A DNA stretch of 64,000 nt. Origin: Dehalococcoidia bacterium (GTDB taxonomy: Bacteria > Chloroflexota > Dehalococcoidia > Lucifugimonadales > CBDFII01). The DNA is taken from positions 275,123 through 339,122 of the forward strand of contig CBDFII010000005.1 in the NCBI GenBank assembly GCA_965248115.1, written 5' to 3'. Under the pieces are notes generated by a model. That model searched no databases. It saw nothing but the letters and a program-made list of their open reading frames with translations, and was not told the DNA's origin. This document shows positions 49,031 to 57,690 of the stretch, in pieces. The translations under genes and the position numbers were made by a program. Positions within the stretch are counted from its first letter, which is position 1, and each line of letters starts with the position of its first letter.

Positions 49031-49417
49031 CTATCCACCCCGCATCAGGCACCAGAGCACCACGGTTATATCGGTGGTGGTGGGAAGAAAACCGGAGGTG
49101 GTGCTCACCACCACCTCTAAGAGATCTCCTTCCGCCAGATCCAGGATCCCCTGAAAGTATTTACCCTCCCGTCGGAAGTTGTTAGCGGAGTCCAGGACAA
49201 CCTGGGGGAAGGCCTTGATTTCGCCGTTGAGCACAACCTTGAAGGTTGCGTTACCCGCAGGTATCCCCTCAGAAGCGGATACCTGCATCAGCACGATGTC
49301 GCTGGGCCAGGGAACGATGTACTCATCGGCACCGCCGGCAGAGGAGAGAAAGGAGTTGACCAGGCTTGCTGCCAGGTCGGTGCGGGTATACACCAGCGAA
49401 TAGAGTCGAGTAGCCAT
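49031..49417 (-). CDS. Hypothetical beta-rich protein, last gene of the capsid operon
   Basis: 128 aa, GGAAGG RBS, co-oriented with capsid cluster. Confidence 0.6.
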   Translation of the reverse strand: MATRLYSLVYTRTDLAASLVNSFLSSAGGADEYIVPWPSDIVLMQVSASEGIPAGNATFKVVLNGEIKAFPQVVLDSANNFRREGKYFQGILDLAEGDLLEVVVSTTSGFLPTTTDITVVLWCLMRGG

Positions 49418-49463
49418 ATTTATCCTTCCTATCCTGAACCGTTAAAAGGATCAACGGGCACTG

Positions 49464-50105
49464 TTATGGCCCTACTACCTCTGTCTGGCTATGGCTGCCT
49501 CGGGCCGATGTATATAACCTTCTCGCCCTTAGAGAGCCGCGGCGGCTCAGTTTGGCCAGCCGCCCGTGGAAGTAGGAGAGTCTCTCCTGGCCCCAAGTTA
49601 GATAGCCCTGCCAGGTATCCTCTCCTCCTACGTTGACTCGATTGGTGGCGAAGCTAGACCACTCCAGAGACGCGTAGCCCTCCCCTCCCGCGGCCACCAG
49701 ATCCTCCAGGTGGGAGGGGACAGTGGAGGTGGTGGCATCCAGGGTGTGAAGGGTTCCGTGGTACACCTTGACCTGCTCCCCTCCCCCGGGCGCCTGATCC
49801 ACAAGCAAGGCTAGGGTGCTCTCCCACACGCTGAAAGGCACATAGGCGGGTGGATATTTGCCGGTGGGGTGCTCTACTGCCTCTACGTGTACTAGGTCAG
49901 TGATGGTGGAAAGGGAGAGGTCTCTGCTGCCCGCAGTGGTAGTGAGAGTGGTGGTCTGCTGTCGAGATACCGCCATACTCAGCTCTCTCACGGCGTGGTC
50001 TATGTGGCGGTCCAGCTCAGCGTCGCTCCACCGCAAATTGGCAGTGTCCTCGTCATGGAGGTCACGCCGCACTCGAGTACGCATTTGACTAAGGTCCAAC
50101 GTCAT
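49464..50105 (-). CDS. Putative phage head-completion/adaptor protein
   Basis: MRTRVRRDLHD..WSDAELDRHIDHAVRE N-terminus typical of head-tail adaptors; position after capsid. Confidence 0.65.
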   Translation of the reverse strand: MTLDLSQMRTRVRRDLHDEDTANLRWSDAELDRHIDHAVRELSMAVSRQQTTTLTTTAGSRDLSLSTITDLVHVEAVEHPTGKYPPAYVPFSVWESTLALLVDQAPGGGEQVKVYHGTLHTLDATTSTVPSHLEDLVAAGGEGYASLEWSSFATNRVNVGGEDTWQGYLTWGQERLSYFHGRLAKLSRRGSLRARRLYTSARGSHSQTEVVGP

Positions 50106-50403
50106 CCCTCTCCGAACTTAATGAAGCTCTTTTCATCTTTTGTGGTTCGCCATCGCTAAGTGGGAGGTCTTCACTGTTCCCATTGGGCGATGCTGCTCTT
50201 GTTATCCTTCCAGTATGGATGTCCAAGGACGCCTCTTGTCCCAGCAGGTTGTATAGACGCTCCAGCTCCAGAACTATCTCCTTCAGGTTCTGCTGTGCCA
50301 GCTCTGCCCGCAACTGGGCCCTCTGGGCTACACAGGTGGCTCGCCTGAGTCGGTAAAGGTCTTTGGGGGAGAGCTGCTTGATCTGGTCGAGAGGAACTCC
50401 CAT
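50089..50403 (-). CDS. Hypothetical coiled-coil protein (capsid cluster)
   Basis: AAGGAG RBS; overlaps next gene. Confidence 0.6.
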   Translation of the reverse strand: MGVPLDQIKQLSPKDLYRLRRATCVAQRAQLRAELAQQNLKEIVLELERLYNLLGQEASLDIHTGRITRAASPNGNSEDLPLSDGEPQKMKRASLSSERDDVGP

Positions 50404-50432
50404 GGCGGAATCTCCTTCTTGTCCTAAGTGGA

Positions 50433-50678
50433 TCAGATTCCCCTTTCCGTTCTTACCCGAGTGTCCATCAGAGAGGCAAGGGCAGATACGCCCTGTCTCT
50501 GAGAAGAGGACCCCATGGTGCTGAAGTCCACTCCATCAAGCTGGAGCATCTCCTGTTTCTGCACCGCACCCAGGCTGTCCAGAACATCCACGAGGAGAGT
50601 GACGGTCGTGATGTTGCTCCGCTCATCCCAGTTGACAATCATCTGACGCTTGCGTGTGGAAATTAGAGATATAGGCAT
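50433..50678 (-). CDS. Hypothetical protein (capsid cluster)
   Basis: AGGAGGAG RBS, 81 aa. Confidence 0.6.
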   Translation of the reverse strand: MPISLISTRKRQMIVNWDERSNITTVTLLVDVLDSLGAVQKQEMLQLDGVDFSTMGSSSQRQGVSALASLMDTRVRTERGI

Positions 50679-50687
50679 TTCTCCTCC

Positions 50688-51327
50688 TTAAGGCACGTCG
50701 CCCCAAGCCGTGCCGTCAAAGACTTGGACGCTGTTGGTGGTGGTGTTGTAGATCATTAGGCCAGCAGGAGGGCTGGCAATAGCATCTCGTTGGGTTGTGG
50801 TCATTCTTGGCGGTAGAAACCCTTTGGTAGTAGAGACAACATCCAACTCGGCAGCAGCGTTAGGAGCCGCACTAGAACCCACCATAAGTTCATTGACTAT
50901 AATTGACTATAGATGTAGGAGGATTGGTCTGATTAGGCCACAGGATGACAGATGCGCCACCTCGACGAAGCTGTAATCCTTTGTCCGAATCCAGGTAATT
51001 GCTTCCTCCTGTAGCTCCATATTTCAGAATACCCTGACCGCTACGCTCAAACCTCACCGGCTCCAGTGATGTGGAGAGAACCTGAAAAGCAACAGTCGGG
51101 ACAACACCTATGCCGACATTTCGTGCTTCTGGAAAGACGATATGGCTATTGTCCAGGGCATAAAGAATGCTGGTGCCACCGTCCTGGAAGTCGAAGATGC
51201 GGCCCGTGCCCTGCTGGTTCACCTTTAGCCCGGGGCTACTGTCGTTGGCCTTGATGTCCCTCAGCCAGCCATCGTAGTCCAGGCCTTGCACAATGCTGAA
51301 CTCTTCTCCTGCCAGTCTTAACGCCAT
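50688..51327 (-). pseudogene. Fibre-like virion protein split by a 10-bp tandem duplication
   Basis: NVGIG repeat and STTKGFLPPRMTTTQRDAI..GLMIYNTT motif; ATTGACTATA x2 at 50892-50911; removing one copy fuses both ORFs (209 aa). Confidence 0.72.
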
Positions 51328-51338
51328 GGTTGTCTCCT

Positions 51339-51719
51339 CTACGAAAGAAGATAGTCAACATCCAGGGAAAAGGAGGTGCCCGAGAAGGCCGTTACCTTCA
51401 GGAAGATAATCGCTCCCTGGGCATCTACCACAAGAGCGTGGTTGCCGGTAGCCACCAGCTGCCTTGACGCTCCCCCGTGCCACTGATTGAGTCGGGAGTT
51501 ATAGAAGATGACCTGCACATCCAGGGATTGAAAGCCCGTGCCGCTCAAAGTAATGTCGAAGCGGCACTCCTTGTATCCGGTGCAGTCTACCGCCCCCGAG
51601 GTGTCCGCTGGGTTCGAGGTATCCACCGCAGTGACACTGCTCCTATGGGCTGCAGGGGCTGTGGGTTCATACACAAAGCCTTTGGGCAGGCCGTTGGCGT
51701 CTATTCTTACGTTTGCCAT
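51339..51719 (-). CDS. Hypothetical beta-rich protein directly after the capsid (possible decoration protein)
   Basis: TAAGGAG RBS, 126 aa; function inferred from position only. Confidence 0.6.
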   Translation of the reverse strand: MANVRIDANGLPKGFVYEPTAPAAHRSSVTAVDTSNPADTSGAVDCTGYKECRFDITLSGTGFQSLDVQVIFYNSRLNQWHGGASRQLVATGNHALVVDAQGAIIFLKVTAFSGTSFSLDVDYLLS

Positions 51720-51781
51720 GGTTCACTCCTTATTAGGAAGCCTCACTTGCGTCCTTGCTGAGCACCATAGGGTTACCCCGC

Positions 51782-52672
51782 CTAGTCCCTGACGCCGGTG
51801 AGCTTAGCGAGCTTGAGGGAGTTGAACACAGCTATAGCCACGTACCACTTCACCCGTACCCGGCTAGCGTCCTTTACCTCCAGGCTGCCTACACGCTCAG
51901 CCTGGAGACCCCCAGGGGCGGTGAGACCCTCCACTGCCCCCTCTCCCCACTGGAGGGCGTAGATGGTGGAGCAGTCGGTGCTGCTGCCCACAGTCTTGGC
52001 ATCAGAGATATAGTCGTTGAAACCGATTGGTGTACCGTCGTAGAAGTCCACCATGCCACCGAACTCGTTGCGCTCCGATACGATAAGCCCGCTCCCCGTG
52101 GCCCCGGAGAGGGAAGAGAGCTTTCGACGGCTGCGGCGGCTCATCAAGAGCATATGGGGCTTGCCCGCTTTGACCTTATCTATCACCTCGTCCAGCTTTT
52201 CCAAGGTGAGGGTGCCTCCGTTGGCACCCATAGATACCGTCTGGCCCGAGGTGGCCAGCTTGTCGATACCATCGAAAGCGTTGGCATCGACGGCGGTGTC
52301 ACCCGTGATGAAGGTGTCATCGAACTTTTGTTGAACCGCCTTGGCCTTCAGCTCCACCACAGTGGCCTCCAGGTCCTGAAGGTTGGAGCGAGTGGACTTG
52401 AGGAAGTTGTCCACGTCGGCATCGCCGCCCAGGATCTTCAGATTGGCAGTAACCTGGGTGAAGGTGGGAGTGGACTCGGTCCAGGTGTCACCCACGGCGA
52501 AAAAGGCGGCGGAGGGCAGTGTATTCTCCTGGTTATAGGTGAGGCCGTTGCCTACTACCTCGATGAAGGGCATCGTTTGCAAAACCGGGCTCTCCTTGAT
52601 TATGGTCTCGATGACACCTGTGAGAAGTATATCCTGAGAGAGCTTGGAAGCCTCGGCTAGGGTTAGAGCCAT
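51782..52672 (-). CDS. Phage major capsid protein (HK97-fold type)
   Basis: MALTLAEASKL..ESPVLQTMPF..ILGGDADVD..AFDGI..RVKWY; 296 aa; AAGGAGG RBS. Confidence 0.88.
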   Translation of the reverse strand: MALTLAEASKLSQDILLTGVIETIIKESPVLQTMPFIEVVGNGLTYNQENTLPSAAFFAVGDTWTESTPTFTQVTANLKILGGDADVDNFLKSTRSNLQDLEATVVELKAKAVQQKFDDTFITGDTAVDANAFDGIDKLATSGQTVSMGANGGTLTLEKLDEVIDKVKAGKPHMLLMSRRSRRKLSSLSGATGSGLIVSERNEFGGMVDFYDGTPIGFNDYISDAKTVGSSTDCSTIYALQWGEGAVEGLTAPGGLQAERVGSLEVKDASRVRVKWYVAIAVFNSLKLAKLTGVRD

Positions 52673-52686
52673 TTGATTGTCCTCCT

Positions 52687-53001
52687 TTAGTTTTGATTAT
52701 TTGCCGGCGTTTTTTCGTTGGTGCTAATTGGATGGGTGGCCAAAATGTAGGCGATAAGAGGATTGTTTTTGTCGGGGGAGGAATGGAGGATATCCAGAAT
52801 GGTCTGGCGGGCGATCCGGGCGGCCTGGCGCTCCTAACGGAGCTGGCGACGGCGGACCTCGTTGAGGAATTTGCGGAGCTCGGGGACGCGGGCCAGGGAG
52901 GTAAAGATGTGCTTGAGGCGAGGGGAATGGCGGCCAGACTTGAGGGCGTTGAGGTTGCCCTTTGGAGCACCAGCACCGGGCCTTTTGCCGCCACGGGACA
53001 T
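52687..53001 (-). pseudogene. Terminase small subunit-like gene with in-frame TAG
   Basis: AGGAGG RBS; MSRGGKRPGAGAPKGNLNALKSG; TAG at 52834-52836, frame stays open 48 more codons to TAA abutting the capsid RBS. Confidence 0.6.
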
Positions 53002-53035
53002 TTTGACCTCCTGGATCAGTATGCAAAGAGAGTGC

Positions 53036-53049
53036 AGAACATATGTACT
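53036..53049. promoter_or_regulatory. Putative LexA (SOS) box upstream of the TerS-like/capsid operon
   Basis: AGAACATATGTACT, one mismatch to AGAAC-N4-GTTCT. Confidence 0.65.
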
Positions 53050-53067
53050 GTTACACACAAGGGGGAG

Positions 53068-53352
53068 ATGGCGGTTTTGGGGATTGGCGCTTTCTTGGGT
53101 CTATCCGCCGGGGACTTCTGGGGTAGCACCAAGGCCGCCCGCGACAGCGCCGCGGCGGGGTCAACTCTGCTCGTCACAGGTGGCAGAGTAGCGGCAGTCT
53201 CCGCATGGCTGGAGCCCTTCAAGTTCGTGGGTCTAGCCCTCTTTTTCGCCGGCATCGGCGTGGCCCTTTCGGCCATCATCCCACGGATTGAACTGCGGGC
53301 CCAGGCCATGGCCACGGTGATTCCACTACTGAAACAGCGTACTCAGGGATAA
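53068..53352 (+). CDS. Single-repeat (possibly 5'-truncated) paralog of the downstream membrane protein
   Basis: GDFWGSTKAARD..AWLEPFKFVGLALFF..I..ELR matches both repeats in 53393-54121. Confidence 0.6.
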   Translation: MAVLGIGAFLGLSAGDFWGSTKAARDSAAAGSTLLVTGGRVAAVSAWLEPFKFVGLALFFAGIGVALSAIIPRIELRAQAMATVIPLLKQRTQG

Positions 53353-53392
53353 CAATGTGTATCCCTTTAGCAACCAAGAAGGAGGAACAATC

Positions 53393-54121
53393 ATGGCAGC
53401 AGTAACAGGTGCAGGAGCGGCAGCCGGCAGGGTCACAAGTACCTCGGATATGACGGGTATGCAACGCATGGCCTCCAAGATGTGGGCGCCATGGGTCATC
53501 ATGGGGCTGATGATAGTGGCTATCTCTTTCATCATCTCCCTGTTTGTCCAGAACGCCGAGGCCGATTGGTGGAGCTTCCCCAAGGCGGTCCGGGACGTGG
53601 CTCCCACAGGCAGCGACATAGTCAATGATAGGCAATTTGCTGAGACCACCAAAGCTTGGCTCCCCGGGTTCAAGTTCTTCGGCCTTGGCATGATGCTAGG
53701 CGGCATTAGCTTTTTGCTAGCCACTATCCTCGGCAACCTTCGCGCCGGTGGCGCAGCGGTCCAGCGCTCTCTGGGCTTTACTGTTCAGTTCCCCAAGCCG
53801 CCTATGACTGCCATGCTCTTCCCCATGCTCATGATGATGGGGATGATAGTCCTCATAGCCGCCCTGGTGATCAGCATTATCCTTGGGTTCCAGGCCAACG
53901 ACCTCTGGAGCAATTCCATCGCCACCATTGACGGCGCCCCTGCGGGCTCTGAGATACTGCCCCAACTCGGGCGTATCGCCGCCATCAAAGCGTGGTTGGT
54001 GCCCTTCAAGTTCGTGGGCATGGCCATCCTCTTCTCCAGCATCGCCCTTGCCCTGGTAACCATAGTGTCAGTCCTCCGGTGGCAGAGTCGCCGGCTGGTG
54101 GAACTGGTGGAGAGCAAGTAG
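53393..54121 (+). CDS. Uncharacterised membrane protein with internal duplication
   Basis: AAGGAGG RBS; two repeats with AWLPGFKFFG / AWLVPFKFVG, four hydrophobic helices. Confidence 0.75.
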   Translation: MAAVTGAGAAAGRVTSTSDMTGMQRMASKMWAPWVIMGLMIVAISFIISLFVQNAEADWWSFPKAVRDVAPTGSDIVNDRQFAETTKAWLPGFKFFGLGMMLGGISFLLATILGNLRAGGAAVQRSLGFTVQFPKPPMTAMLFPMLMMMGMIVLIAALVISIILGFQANDLWSNSIATIDGAPAGSEILPQLGRIAAIKAWLVPFKFVGMAILFSSIALALVTIVSVLRWQSRRLVELVESK

Positions 54122-54306
54122 CCACCTCGCTAGCGGTTTTGTGGCACAGAACGCACACCGCCCGCAGAGGTCCTGAACCCTTACCAGGAATCCTGCGGGC
54201 GGTGATGTCTTAGGGACAGGGGAAGACGTTAACTTAAAGGGCCTTGCCCTGGTCTCTTCTCTGTCCAGAGGCTACAATAGAGGCAGCAGGTTTCTTCAGA
54301 GGGATC

Positions 54307-54789
54307 ATGGCAGATCAAGAGACATCGCTGGCACAAAAGCTACGTGACTATGTGGACACCGTGCGCAGTACAGACACCCTCGATAAGCTACGAGTCCACT
54401 GCATGGATCTACTGCTCTCCCTTCCGGACATGCAGCTAGCCGACTTTAAGGTGGAGAAGGATGTGTACGAGGGCCGGGTATATACCCTACTGGGGAACCT
54501 GGTGTTCGATTTTGAGCGGAACCTCCACTGGCAACTGAAAGACATGGAGATTCATATCAAGCACTACATCAACGATCTCCAAACCCGCAGGCCCCTGACC
54601 AGCTATGTCGTTATAGCTACTGACGGCCTGAGCTTCCACGTTTATATGCCACAATACGATGAGAGCGGTAAGGTGATGGAGTTGGAGAAAATCCACGGCC
54701 TGAACTTGGCCAGCCCTATGATGACCCCAGAACGGGCCATGGATGAACTGGGCATGGTCTTCCTCAAATTGCACCGCCCGGCCCCTTAG
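54307..54789 (+). CDS. Hypothetical protein resembling a degenerate restriction-endonuclease-like domain
   Basis: GRVYTLLGNLVFDFERNL..Y..VIATDGLSFHVY. Confidence 0.55.
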   Translation: MADQETSLAQKLRDYVDTVRSTDTLDKLRVHCMDLLLSLPDMQLADFKVEKDVYEGRVYTLLGNLVFDFERNLHWQLKDMEIHIKHYINDLQTRRPLTSYVVIATDGLSFHVYMPQYDESGKVMELEKIHGLNLASPMMTPERAMDELGMVFLKLHRPAP

Positions 54790-54827
54790 GGTGAGGCCTG
54801 AGAGCCTCTGAGGATGAGTGGTTGGCG

Positions 54828-55133
54828 CTATCTTTCGTGGCTCATCGCCAGGGCACCCCAGGAGGCCACCAGGAAGGGCACCAGGTAGGTCAAGGGGACC
54901 TTCCATAGTAACGTCGCCGTCAATGACCCCGAGAACAGCACGTCTCCCTGGTTAAGCAGGGTGAGCACGGTACCCACTACCAGGCATGCCATTAGTGAGC
55001 GACGCAGCATGGGCCGGTGGCGAAGGGCGCAAGTCAAGCACTTAACCACCTCCAACCCTCCCCCCCTGAAACGAAATCTTCGCACCTGATCCAAGGCCTG
55101 GTTGCAGCTTTGACAGCGCTCGTTGCTCGCCAT
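54828..55133 (-). CDS. NrtS-like small nitrate/nitrite transporter with CxxC..CxxC N-terminus
   Basis: LVVGTVLTLLNQGD..WKVPLTYLVPFLVASWG. Confidence 0.7.
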   Translation of the reverse strand: MASNERCQSCNQALDQVRRFRFRGGGLEVVKCLTCALRHRPMLRRSLMACLVVGTVLTLLNQGDVLFSGSLTATLLWKVPLTYLVPFLVASWGALAMSHER

Positions 55134-55158
55134 TACACATCCAGTCAAAGAGGCTTCT

Positions 55159-56310
55159 TCAGGGACCCTCGTGGCGCGGTCCGATGAAGCGTTCGAGGGA
55201 GAAGGGAGATATGTCGATTTGAGTGTGGCCCTGGGTAACCAACTCCGCAGCGGCCTGACCCATTAGGGGACTCACAAGGATCCCCTTGCGTCCACCACCG
55301 GTAGCCAGGAAGACGCCCTCCCACCCTGGCACCTGGCTAATGACGGGTAGCCTATCAGGGGAGATAGGTCGAAGGCAAGCCGTCTGCAGCACCAGCTTGG
55401 CATCAGCTATCGTGGGCATAATCTTTACCGCATCCTTCATAATAGCCTGCCGGGCCTCCAGAGTTGGCTCACAGTCAAATCCTACCTCCTCCTCGGTGGT
55501 GCCTGCCCAGATAAGTCCGTCGGGTTTGGAGGCTACGTAGCTGCCGTGGTGGTACACCACGTGCTTCAGTGGCGGCCCGGGTAACTCCATGCGCAATATT
55601 TGCCCCTTTAGAGGGCCGATGGGCACCGGCACCCCCAGCCACCGCTCTGCCTCTCCGCTCCATGGCCCCATGGCAATTACCACCTTGTCACAAGCTATCT
55701 CGCCGCTCTTTAGTACAACGCCAGACACCCGACCGTTATCTCCTATAAGCCCTTCGACCTCACCATGGTGCAACGTAGCTCCGTAATGCTCGGCGGCCTT
55801 TTGTAGTGCCAGAGTATACCGATAGCTGTCCAGAGCCCCGATTCCTGAGAGATAGAGGGCGTTGGTGACCTGGGGCGAAACCCTTGGCTCCAGAGACATC
55901 ACCTCCTCCCCCGTAAGCCAACGTATGGAGAACTGCTCGACAAACCCCGGCACCTGCTGGCATGATTGATAAAGGTGGCGAAGCTCCGCCACATCCTCCT
56001 CATCGAAGGCTACCCGTAGCAGGTGGAGCTGCCGGCCATGGAAGTCGATTCCCGACTCCTCCTTGAGCTGGTCCCACAAGTTTATATGCGTCCTAAGCCC
56101 CTCCAGGGCCCAAGGCCCTAAGGGGCCGGGCATGCCATCGCTTTCTAGAGGGTGCAGAGTACCGGCAGCGAAACCGGAGGCCTGGCTGGCCACATTCACT
56201 TTTTCGATGATGGTGGGTTTTACCCCTTGCTTGGCCAGAAAATAGGCGGTGGCGCACCCTGCCGCTCCAGCCCCAACTATTACAACATCGCTACTCTTGT
56301 CCAAAGGCAC
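55159..56310 (-). CDS. FAD-dependent oxidoreductase (DAO/glycine oxidase-like)
   Basis: VGAGAAG, ASGFAAG, KGQ, CLRP..D, ATGGGRKGI. Confidence 0.88.
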   Translation of the reverse strand: MPLDKSSDVVIVGAGAAGCATAYFLAKQGVKPTIIEKVNVASQASGFAAGTLHPLESDGMPGPLGPWALEGLRTHINLWDQLKEESGIDFHGRQLHLLRVAFDEEDVAELRHLYQSCQQVPGFVEQFSIRWLTGEEVMSLEPRVSPQVTNALYLSGIGALDSYRYTLALQKAAEHYGATLHHGEVEGLIGDNGRVSGVVLKSGEIACDKVVIAMGPWSGEAERWLGVPVPIGPLKGQILRMELPGPPLKHVVYHHGSYVASKPDGLIWAGTTEEEVGFDCEPTLEARQAIMKDAVKIMPTIADAKLVLQTACLRPISPDRLPVISQVPGWEGVFLATGGGRKGILVSPLMGQAAAELVTQGHTQIDISPFSLERFIGPRHEGP

Positions 56311-56466
56311 CCCCGTGTAGACACGTCATCGTAATGTTAGCGCATCAGAAGGCAAACTTAAACGCCCAGCACCTTAGGGGCGCCTCTCTACTAGAATTGT
56401 AAGGCCCATTGCCATTCACCACCGGCTCTGGTAAAAAGGAGCGACATCAAAGAAGTGGAGTAAGAG

Positions 56467-57690
56467 ATGAACGTCGCCAGAAGGATGCTGAACCTGGGCA
56501 CCGAGACCGCCTTCGAGATGCTGGCCAAGGCTAGAGTACTGGAGGCCCAGGGTAGGGAGGTTGTTCACCTAGAGATAGGCGAGCCTGACTTCGATACCCC
56601 TTCCCATATTGTGGAAGCAGGGGTGGAGGCGCTGCGTCAGGGCTACACTCACTATGGCCCCACTGCAGGGTTGCCCGAACTCCGGGAGGCCATCGCCCGT
56701 AACGTGGGCAAGACTCGGGGAATCGCCGTGAACTCCGATCAGGTGGTGGTGACCCCAGGAGCCAAGCCCATCATGTTCTTTACTATCCTTGCCCTGGCCC
56801 AGCGAGGCAGGGAGGTCATATATCCCAACCCTGGGTTCCCCATCTTCGAGTCCATGATCCGCTACTGCGGTGCAAAGCCGGTGCCCATGCCCCTTCTGGA
56901 AGAGCGAGGCTATCACCCCGACCTCGAGGACTTGGCGCTGAAGATCAACCGGCGCACCAGCCTCGTGATTCTCAACTCGCCCCACAACCCCACAGGCTCG
57001 TTGCTCTCCCATGCTGAGCTGGAGGCCATAGCAGATATGCTTAAAGGACGGGAGGACCTGTACGTTCTCTCCGACGAGATCTACAAGGATATCATCTACC
57101 CACCGCAGGGATCAGGTCAGGTCAAGGGAAAGCATCACAGCATAGCATCCCTACCTGGAATGGCTGAAAAGACCATCATCCTCGACGGTTTCTCCAAGAG
57201 CTACGCTATGACGGGATGGCGCTTGGGCTATGGGGTATTCCCCCAGTTGCTAGTGCCCTACATAATCAAGCTGGCCGTCAACAGCGTCTCCTGCGCCGCC
57301 TCTTTTACCCAGAGAGCCGCCCTCGAAGCTATAGAGGGGCCTCAGGACAGCGTGAGAGAGATGGTGGAGGAGCTACGTCGTCGCCGCGACCTTATCACGG
57401 AAGGGCTAAAAAGCATACCAGGCATAAACTGCCCCTGGCCCGAGGGTGCTTTCTATGCTTTCCCTAGCGTCAGAGAGACAGGAATCGGCAGTCGGGATTT
57501 CCAAGAGCGGGCACTTACCGAGGCTGGGGTTGCCCTGCTGGATGGCCAGTCCTTCGGCCGCTTTGGGAGGGGCTACGTGCGAATCTCCTACGCCAACTCC
57601 CAAGAGAACCTGGCCAAGGCCGTGGACCGGTTGGCTTCCTTCGTGGCTAAGGCCTCCAAGAAAAGAGTTTACCGGCGCGCAAGGGCGTAA
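56467..57690 (+). CDS. Class I/II PLP aminotransferase (aspartate aminotransferase-like)
   Basis: GEPDF, NSPHNPTG, SDEIY, GFSKSYAMTGWRLG. Confidence 0.93.
   Translation: MNVARRMLNLGTETAFEMLAKARVLEAQGREVVHLEIGEPDFDTPSHIVEAGVEALRQGYTHYGPTAGLPELREAIARNVGKTRGIAVNSDQVVVTPGAKPIMFFTILALAQRGREVIYPNPGFPIFESMIRYCGAKPVPMPLLEERGYHPDLEDLALKINRRTSLVILNSPHNPTGSLLSHAELEAIADMLKGREDLYVLSDEIYKDIIYPPQGSGQVKGKHHSIASLPGMAEKTIILDGFSKSYAMTGWRLGYGVFPQLLVPYIIKLAVNSVSCAASFTQRAALEAIEGPQDSVREMVEELRRRRDLITEGLKSIPGINCPWPEGAFYAFPSVRETGIGSRDFQERALTEAGVALLDGQSFGRFGRGYVRISYANSQENLAKAVDRLASFVAKASKKRVYRRARA

Noticed and set aside
48846-49052. 68-aa ORF after the capsid operon
   Set aside because: No convincing RBS or motif; cannot be supported as a gene.
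51755-52660. 301-aa plus-strand ORF
   Set aside because: Antisense shadow of the capsid gene.
51782-52672. Classical encapsulin nanocompartment
   Set aside because: It is linked to portal, scaffold and head-completion genes, and no adjacent cargo enzyme or targeting peptide was seen.
52834-52836. Pyrrolysine or amber recoding for the in-frame TAGs (also 18365-18367)
   Set aside because: TAG ends many normal genes in the window, no pyl genes are seen, and both cases are explained by single transitions.
52693-53067. N-terminal extension of the 219-aa plus-strand ORF
   Set aside because: It is antisense to the TerS-like gene; only the part from 53068 resembles the membrane repeat.
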